A DNA stretch of 36,466 bases, from assembly GCA_027076245.1 (NCBI GenBank), contig JALTKC010000492.1:1-36466 (forward strand). Direction: 5' to 3'. The notes under the pieces were generated by a model, which saw only the letters and a list, made by a program, of their open reading frames with translations, had not been told where the DNA came from and ran no database searches. Origin of the DNA: Gammaproteobacteria bacterium. Lineage in GTDB: Bacteria > Pseudomonadota > Gammaproteobacteria > GRL18. Below are positions 27,085-36,466 of this stretch, one piece after another. Both the position numbers and the translations under genes were made by a program. Numbering within the stretch: the first letter of the stretch is position 1; every line of letters starts with the position of its first letter.

Positions 27085-27104
27085 AGCGGGAGATAACTCC
27101 CGCT
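27085..27104 (-). terminator. Intrinsic terminator after the carbonic anhydrase gene
   Basis: AGCGGGAG-ATAA-CTCCCGCT. On the minus-strand transcript it is followed by CUUUUCAUU. Confidence 0.75.
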
Positions 27105-27122
27105 TCAGGTAGTACAATTGTG

Positions 27123-27851
27123 TTACTGCAGTACCGGACGGGCATTAACCGGCTGAACTGGACGGTTGTTGGGATGATGCATGACTTTCTTAAACGCATC
27201 AATCTGGGCTTTGGAGGCCGTAACGGTATTTTTCATCACAAACCAGCGAACCCCTTCACTGCAGGGTGGTGTGGTTAAGGAACCGTTAAAACGGTAGTAA
27301 TCCCTGTTTTCAGGCAGAGTTTTATTAACATCTGCTTCTGCGCTTAAAGCGGTTTTATCACCTGCATGGGCAGGCAGTTGTTTCCAGGCACTTTCCAGTA
27401 CGGGATTTGAAGCCCCTTCTTCGATCATAACGGCAACCACGGCCAGATTACCGTCTTTATCGGCATGAACCAGATGGGCTTCCATGGGATAGGAAATACC
27501 CTTGATCATATTCTCACTGGGCGCATGGAAATGAAACTGCAGTAGATTAAAGGTAGTATTATCAATAGTGATACTGCTGCCTTTTTTATAATTTATCTGG
27601 ACTGTATGACCATTATTCAATATCTCATGCCCACCACTTTTGTAATTAAAATCAATAGGCTGCAATTCAGCTTCAATAAAGCCTGTCAGATCAATAGGTG
27701 ACTGGTTTTTGCCCGCACAAGCACTGTATTCAGGCGTCAGTTTTGCCCAGTGAGTTGGACCGGTTTCACCTTCATAACCCCAGTGATGACCGCCGGAAGC
27801 CAGAACTGGAGTATTTAACAGGATAGCTGTTGCTAATATCAGTTTTTTCAT
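27123..27851 (-). CDS. Periplasmic alpha-class carbonic anhydrase
   Basis: 242 aa. Signal peptide MKKLILATAILLNTPVLA. Alpha-CA motifs HWGY, QSPIDL, QFHFHAPSEN, EAHLVH and SLTTPPC. Confidence 0.92.
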   Translation of the reverse strand: MKKLILATAILLNTPVLASGGHHWGYEGETGPTHWAKLTPEYSACAGKNQSPIDLTGFIEAELQPIDFNYKSGGHEILNNGHTVQINYKKGSSITIDNTTFNLLQFHFHAPSENMIKGISYPMEAHLVHADKDGNLAVVAVMIEEGASNPVLESAWKQLPAHAGDKTALSAEADVNKTLPENRDYYRFNGSLTTPPCSEGVRWFVMKNTVTASKAQIDAFKKVMHHPNNRPVQPVNARPVLQ

Positions 27852-28036
27852 GTTTTACCTTTTGCTTTTATTATAAAAGGTGACATTATATGCTTGTTTT
27901 TCTTTATCATTCAATATGTTATATTGCAACACAACTATTTCATAATGAAACAGCACATACGAACAAACTGCTGAAACAGATACTCTAAAAACCTTGTATA
28001 ATCATTCCTGGTCACTATGAGCTTCTTAAAATAAAA

Positions 28037-28780
28037 ATGTCCAATTCACCACATATAAAATGGCTTGCCAGCGGAGAACCCTATTCTGAACAGTTTCAGG
28101 ATTATTATTTCTCAACTGACGGCGGGCTGGCGGAAACAGAGTATGTTTTTTTAAAACAAAACAAATTTCCACAACGCTTTGCCCAGTCTGATGAGTATCA
28201 GGAAACAGCATTAATTAAAATTGGTGAAACCGGGTTTGGCACCGGGCTTAACTTTCTGGTCACTCTGTATCACTGGCTGCATACCCCAGAACCCAAAAAA
28301 CCGGTACATTATATGTCTGTTGAAAAATATCCGTTCAGCAAAGTTCAGTTAAGCAGAATATACACCCTGTTTTCAAAACAATGGCCGCAACTGGATGAGC
28401 CATGCAGACTATTACTTAATGCCTGGCCTGACTCATTAAGCTCGCAGTCTGTTTTTGAGTACTCGTTTTTTGAACAGCAATTTAAACTGACTCTGTTAAG
28501 CGGGGATGCCCAGCTGGAATTATCTGCCCTGCTCCCAGAGCATAAACACTCTTTTGATGCCTGGTATCTGGACGGTTTTGCTCCGGCCAGAAATCCCGAT
28601 ATGTGGCAGCAGGGCTTGTTTAACACCCTGTATCAGCTCAGCAAACCCGGTACAACATTAAGCACATTTACCGCAGCGGGTTTTGTGCGAAGAGGTCTGA
28701 CACATGCCGGATTTACCATTAACAAGGTCCCCGGTCTGGGAAAGAAAAGAGAAATCCTTTCAGGCATATACCATAATTAA
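28037..28780 (+). CDS. mnmC: Stand-alone tRNA mnm5s2U34 methyltransferase (MnmC methyltransferase domain only)
   Basis: 247 aa. QDYYFSTDGGLAETEYVFL, GETGFGTGLNFL and DAWYLDGFAPARNPDMW match the N-terminal SAM-methyltransferase half of MnmC. No FAD-oxidoreductase half follows. Confidence 0.8.
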   Translation: MSNSPHIKWLASGEPYSEQFQDYYFSTDGGLAETEYVFLKQNKFPQRFAQSDEYQETALIKIGETGFGTGLNFLVTLYHWLHTPEPKKPVHYMSVEKYPFSKVQLSRIYTLFSKQWPQLDEPCRLLLNAWPDSLSSQSVFEYSFFEQQFKLTLLSGDAQLELSALLPEHKHSFDAWYLDGFAPARNPDMWQQGLFNTLYQLSKPGTTLSTFTAAGFVRRGLTHAGFTINKVPGLGKKREILSGIYHN

Positions 28781-28884
28781 CACACCTCTCCTGAAATCAT
28801 ATCAATGTCAACCAGCCTGATAAATAGAATTTAACACCTGCCTGATCAAACTCTGAACCTTAGTTAAGCTATTATTTTTTAGAA

Positions 28885-28900
28885 TTAGACTAAAGTCTAA
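28885..28900. promoter_or_regulatory. Palindrome TTAGACT-AA-AGTCTAA with a third TAGACT half-site at 28910-28915
   Basis: Lies in the AT-rich 256-bp region upstream of the oxidase pair. Candidate operator. Confidence 0.35.
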
Positions 28901-28991
28901 ATTTACCCGTAGACTATTTATTTTGTTCCTAACTTCCTTATAATTTATATGGAGATAATAAAAAACTGTTAAGCATGGAATGCAAAAACAG

Positions 28992-29008
28992 TTCTTATAA
29001 TATAAGAA
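28992..29008. promoter_or_regulatory. Palindrome TTCTTATA-A-TATAAGAA containing a TATAAT hexamer
   Basis: 8-bp perfect arms. TATAAT at 28996-29001 lies ~36 nt upstream of TTG 29037. Candidate -10 element overlapped by an operator. Confidence 0.4.
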
Positions 29009-29036
29009 TAAACAACCAACTAAGGGGGATTTTCTT

Positions 29037-30035
29037 TTGAACAGAAGAAACTTTATTAAATCCAGCGGGGCAGGTCTTGCCAGTATTATGCTGGGAAGCA
29101 CAGGATTATTATCCTGGACTCCCAGAGCTCATGCAGCAACCATATCCAAAACCTTTTATATAACCGAAGGCACTATTACTCAACCCGATGGTGTAGATGT
29201 TTACTTCTGTGGTTTTAGTAATGATACTGCCAGTCTTAATGTGCCCGGCGCTCAACTTATTGTCCAGGAAGGTGACACTGTTGCTATTACCATCGTTAAT
29301 ACCTTAACAACAGACCACAGTTTTGTGATTGATGGCGTTGTGGACAGCGGTGTAATTAAAGCAGGTACCACGAAAAATTTTGAATTTATTGCCAGTAAAG
29401 CCGGCTCATACCTTTACTATGACGGTTTAAATGCACCATACAACCGACTGGTCGGATTACATGGCGGTTTCTCAGTCATGCCACAGGGCAGCAGTGATGA
29501 ACTTTACCCTGGAAGTCCTACCTTTGTTCAGCAATATTCCTGGATCACCAATGATGTCGATCCTGTCTGGCATAATGCTGTACGTGACGGCAATACCCCC
29601 ACAAGCAAGTTTAAACCTTACTATTTTACCCTGAACGGCCGTAGCATGCGGGTACCTGGAAATCCTGACTATGGTAATCCTGATATCGATTCCGGATATG
29701 CCAAAGACACCCGTCTCACAGGTTCCATAGGTGACAGAACACTGGTTCGAATTCAAAATGCCGGTTTATGTATGCACTCTATGCATTTCCATGCCAACCA
29801 CGTTGAATGGCTGACCCGCAACCGGGTTATCCGCGATGTCTGGGTTAAAGATACCGTATTCCTGCCCAATAATATAGGCAGTGTTGATGTTATTTACCCC
29901 TTTGAAACACCGCCAGACTCCTGGCCACCCGTCTCTAAAGGTCATTATCCCATGCATTGCCATGACGAAATGACTCAAACAGCCGGTGGCGGTTTATACC
30001 AGTTTGGCCTTGCAACAACAATTTCATTTGAATAA
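29037..30035 (+). CDS. Tat-exported two-cupredoxin multicopper-oxidase-like subunit A (ligands only in the C-terminal half)
   Basis: 332 aa. TTG start with an AAGGGGG SD. Twin-arginine signal MNRRNFIKSSGAGLASIMLG...AHA. HSMHFH (nt 29775-29792) and HCH (29955-29963) lie in the C-terminal half. The N-terminal half lacks HxHG and HxH. Confidence 0.8.
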   Translation: MNRRNFIKSSGAGLASIMLGSTGLLSWTPRAHAATISKTFYITEGTITQPDGVDVYFCGFSNDTASLNVPGAQLIVQEGDTVAITIVNTLTTDHSFVIDGVVDSGVIKAGTTKNFEFIASKAGSYLYYDGLNAPYNRLVGLHGGFSVMPQGSSDELYPGSPTFVQQYSWITNDVDPVWHNAVRDGNTPTSKFKPYYFTLNGRSMRVPGNPDYGNPDIDSGYAKDTRLTGSIGDRTLVRIQNAGLCMHSMHFHANHVEWLTRNRVIRDVWVKDTVFLPNNIGSVDVIYPFETPPDSWPPVSKGHYPMHCHDEMTQTAGGGLYQFGLATTISFE

Positions 30036-30049
30036 GGGGGAATAATATT

Positions 30050-31024
30050 ATGGGAATGAGAAACAGAAACGGTGGCGGCGGCGGTGGCGGCGGTGCCTGT
30101 TATATCTATCCAGATGCACCTGCCACTATCGGTGAAGTAACTCCGGATGTTACTTTTAATCGCGGTATTTATATGAATGGCAGCATGACCATGGACGATG
30201 GTCGTACAGTCACAATATGGGGCTTTACTGATGGCGGAGGCGGCATGGGAGGACAGTTCCCCTCACCCGCCATGCGTGTCACACAGGGACAGGTTGTTCA
30301 TTCAGTTCTGACCGTTAATGGCAATATGTGGAAACATACCATCCATCACCATGGTATTGAACCCAGTACTGAAAATGATGGTGTCGGTCATTATTCTTTT
30401 GATGTCAGCGGCACATACACCTATCAATGGAAAGCTGCCCATCCCGGCACTTATTTTTACCATTGTCATACTAATACTGTACTGCATGCAGAAATGGGCA
30501 TGTATGGTGCACTGATTATTGATCCACCCGAAGGTCCCGGTACTTTATTCTCCGGTGGACCAACTTATGATGTTGAAGCTATCTGGGCATGTGATGAAAT
30601 TGATTCATCCTGGCATAATCTTAGATGGGATGCCGGTACCTGTGGCGGTGATGTCGGTCTAAACGATCTGAATCCGGACTATTTTATTATTACCGGAGTG
30701 GATGGCGCACGCTCTGCACTGACTGATCCAGCCGTCGCTGTTAATATGAATGTAGGCCAGAAACTGCTGGTACGCTATATCTGTGCCGGTTATTTACCTC
30801 AGCGGATTAATTTTGGTGGTTTAACTGCAACCGTTCATATGTCCGACGGTCGTCCTTTTCCTAAACCTATACAGGTTAAGGAAATTGAAGCCTGTTCAGC
30901 AGAACGCTATGACTGTATTTTTGAACCCACTCAAAGCGGTGTTTATGAAGTTACCGTAGACTTCCTTGACTGGGTAACCGGTGATGTAGTGGGAACTGCA
31001 AGAACACGCATTACCGTCAACTAA
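30050..31024 (+). CDS. Signal-less two-cupredoxin multicopper-oxidase-like subunit B (ligands only in the N-terminal half)
   Basis: 324 aa. Starts 14 nt after subunit A with the same AAGGGGG SD. An in-frame TGA at 30029-30031 excludes a longer N-terminus. HTIHHHG and YHCHTNTVLHAEMGM lie in the N-terminal half. There is no hydrophobic signal segment. Confidence 0.8.
   Translation: MGMRNRNGGGGGGGGACYIYPDAPATIGEVTPDVTFNRGIYMNGSMTMDDGRTVTIWGFTDGGGGMGGQFPSPAMRVTQGQVVHSVLTVNGNMWKHTIHHHGIEPSTENDGVGHYSFDVSGTYTYQWKAAHPGTYFYHCHTNTVLHAEMGMYGALIIDPPEGPGTLFSGGPTYDVEAIWACDEIDSSWHNLRWDAGTCGGDVGLNDLNPDYFIITGVDGARSALTDPAVAVNMNVGQKLLVRYICAGYLPQRINFGGLTATVHMSDGRPFPKPIQVKEIEACSAERYDCIFEPTQSGVYEVTVDFLDWVTGDVVGTARTRITVN
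30071..30094 (+). repeat. (GGY)8 triplet tract encoding Gly8
   Basis: GGTGGCGGCGGCGGTGGCGGCGGT encodes residues 8-15 of subunit B. Confidence 0.9.
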
Positions 31025-31043
31025 AACTTAAATAAGCAACCCC

Positions 31044-31075
31044 AAAAAAAAGCCGGATTAAACTCCGGCTTTTTT
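31044..31075. terminator. Bidirectional intrinsic terminator between oxidase subunit B and acnB
   Basis: An A-run, AGCCGGA-TTAAAC-TCCGGCT (31051-31070), then a T-run. Confidence 0.85.
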
Positions 31076-31103
31076 GCTTTCAGCTTTATCAAAACCATGA
31101 GTA

Positions 31104-35200
<4,097 letters not shown>

Positions 35201-35216
35201 GCCTGATACTTAGCTG

Positions 35217-35714
35217 ATGAGCAGTCAAACGCTGCCCGGTTCACTGACAATCAGTGTCGTGGACTGGGCACAATCTTCCCCGACTTTGTGTCAAATCCGC
35301 ACCAGGGTTTTTATTGAAGAACAGCATGTCCCTGAAGCACTGGAATGGGACGGACTGGATAAAACCGCCCTGCACCTTCTGGCTCAGATACAAACTCCAG
35401 AAACCATTGATAACGAACAGACCGGTTCCATTGCCCGCCAGACTGAAGCCGTTGGAACAGCCAGAATAGTTATTAATAATAAAATTGCCCATATTGGCCG
35501 TATGGCCGTTTTACCAGACTGGCGAGGAAAAGGTATTGGTTTTAAGATACTGCAAAAAGCCATCCTGGAATGCCGGCAACGCTCAGTTAAAAAAATCATA
35601 CTCAATGCTCAGACCTATGTGCTAAACTTTTATCAGAAGGCTGGTTTTAAAGTCAGCAGTGAGGCATTTTTAGATGCCGGTATAATGCATAAAGAAATGA
35701 CACTGCTTTTATAA
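35217..35714 (+). CDS. GNAT-family N-acetyltransferase (ElaA/YjcF-like)
   Basis: 165 aa. Acetyl-CoA motif RMAVLPDWRGKGIGFKIL and C-terminal FYQKAGF. Confidence 0.85.
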   Translation: MSSQTLPGSLTISVVDWAQSSPTLCQIRTRVFIEEQHVPEALEWDGLDKTALHLLAQIQTPETIDNEQTGSIARQTEAVGTARIVINNKIAHIGRMAVLPDWRGKGIGFKILQKAILECRQRSVKKIILNAQTYVLNFYQKAGFKVSSEAFLDAGIMHKEMTLLL

Positions 35715-35736
35715 CAGGCAATTATGTAGGTTAAAT

Positions 35737-36249
35737 ATGATTGATTTAAACCATTATAAACTGGGTGAAACGCAGGAACTTATCACGGTTGATAATCAGG
35801 ATGACTTCAGGCAGCTGCTGATTGCCATGAGTCAGCAGGCGCAGCACCGGATATGGATATTCAGTCATAATCTGGATATTCGTATTTATGATAATAATGA
35901 GCTTTATGAAGCCATTAAACAGCTCGCTATTCGTAGTCCCCGCACCCATATCAATATACTGGTGCAGGATAGTGAACACATGGTTAAAAATGATCACCGT
36001 CTGCTGCGTCTGGCGCAACGGATCTCCAGCCATATACAGGTTAAATTAACCGCTAAGGAACATCAGGACATCTATCAGACCTTTGTTATTTTTGATGACC
36101 GTGGTTATATTATCCATGAAGATCCGCTGCGCTTTAATGCCCGTGCGGATTTTTACAACCCCCTGGAAACCAGAAAACTGGCCGAACAGTTTTCTGATAT
36201 GTGGGAAGTGGGTGTTATTGATAACCGGATCAGACGTTTGAGTTTATAA
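35737..36249 (+). CDS. Hypothetical protein (orf170)
   Basis: 170-aa ORF with protein-like composition, starting 22 nt after the GNAT gene. No family confidently recognised. Confidence 0.6.
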   Translation: MIDLNHYKLGETQELITVDNQDDFRQLLIAMSQQAQHRIWIFSHNLDIRIYDNNELYEAIKQLAIRSPRTHINILVQDSEHMVKNDHRLLRLAQRISSHIQVKLTAKEHQDIYQTFVIFDDRGYIIHEDPLRFNARADFYNPLETRKLAEQFSDMWEVGVIDNRIRRLSL

Positions 36250-36324
36250 ATAAACTGTATCTGCATTATATTTAGGGTTAAAATAGCATGATATTCATCT
36301 GTTATCCGAAAAAGGATGGTTTTT

Positions 36325-36466
36325 ATGCTGTGCAGAAAGTCTTCTTATGCGAAGTTAAGCATTACATTAAGTGTTTTCTTTGCCTGCGCTCTGTTGATTT
36401 TCTCGACCGCTTCTGCCAGCGATTTTAAAGTTTTTAAAACCCATCAGTTTGCCCAGAATCTTATTC
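36325..36466 (+). CDS. Putative secreted protein, 3'-truncated at the window edge
   Basis: ATG 36325 with an AAGGA SD 8 nt upstream. Encodes MLCRKSSYAKLSITLSVFFACALLIFSTASA, which is signal-peptide-like. The frame is open to the window end. Confidence 0.4.
   Translation, partial: MLCRKSSYAKLSITLSVFFACALLIFSTASASDFKVFKTHQFAQNLI

Noticed and set aside
27857-27881. 7-bp hairpin ACCTTTT/AAAAGGT that could sequester the carbonic anhydrase SD.
   Set aside because: The stem is almost all A-U pairs with an 11-nt loop, so it is too weak to claim a regulatory role without covariation data.
28975-29040. 21-codon upstream ORF (MECKNSSYNIRINNQLRGIFF) whose TGA overlaps the TTG start of oxidase subunit A.
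   Set aside because: There is no SD within range of its ATG (the nearest GGAG is ~20 nt away), and such short ORFs are expected by chance in AT-rich DNA. It would only be worth revisiting if ribosome profiling shows occupancy.
28808-29101. 97-aa minus-strand ORF upstream of the oxidase pair.
   Set aside because: It lies in an AT-rich non-coding region, overlaps the Tat-signal coding start of subunit A, has low-complexity I/L/K/N-rich composition, and has no SD.
35217-36249. GNAT plus downstream orf170 as a possible GNAT-toxin/antitoxin pair.
   Set aside because: Known GNAT toxins follow a small upstream RHH/DUF1778 antitoxin. This GNAT looks like a housekeeping ElaA/YjcF type, and a GNAT plus a hypothetical gene next to purB appears to be conserved core synteny in other gammaproteobacteria.

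Overview
This 36.5-kb chromosomal segment reads like a moderately AT-rich gammaproteobacterial sulfur-oxidising chemolithoautotroph. I saw no rRNA, tRNA, CRISPR array, transposase or integrase. All motif coordinates were hand-counted and no database was searched.

Left third, minus strand: a Calvin-cycle operon, cbbL-cbbS-orf103-cbbQ-cbbO-orf117-(class II aldolase fused to a Dabb-like domain). cbbR is divergent from cbbL. No carboxysome genes are present.

Middle: a BacNav-type voltage-gated channel, a GspE/PilB-family ATPase with no secretion or pilus partner genes nearby, and a periplasmic rhodanese translationally coupled to a TM-HAMP-PAS-GGDEF-EAL protein. These are followed by housekeeping rluE-orf202-mnmA-hflD.

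Right half: a tightly coupled six-gene MoxR/vWA Bat-type operon, ferritin, a periplasmic alpha-carbonic anhydrase, a stand-alone MnmC methyltransferase domain, two adjacent multicopper-oxidase-like genes and acnB. Housekeeping resumes with purB-GNAT-orf170.

The best candidate for an undescribed system is the multicopper-oxidase pair at 29037-31024. Each protein keeps only one complementary half of the copper-ligand set, and only the first carries a Tat signal. This suggests an obligate heteromeric, hitch-hiker-exported oxidase.

Other points worth follow-up:
- two unassigned small ORFs and an aldolase-Dabb fusion embedded in the Rubisco/CbbQO operon
- a 26-nt REP-like hairpin family with a compensatory stem substitution
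- a BacNav selectivity filter carrying extra acidic residues (TFEDWTD)
- a roughly 15-kb block interrupting the conserved mnmA-hflD-purB synteny
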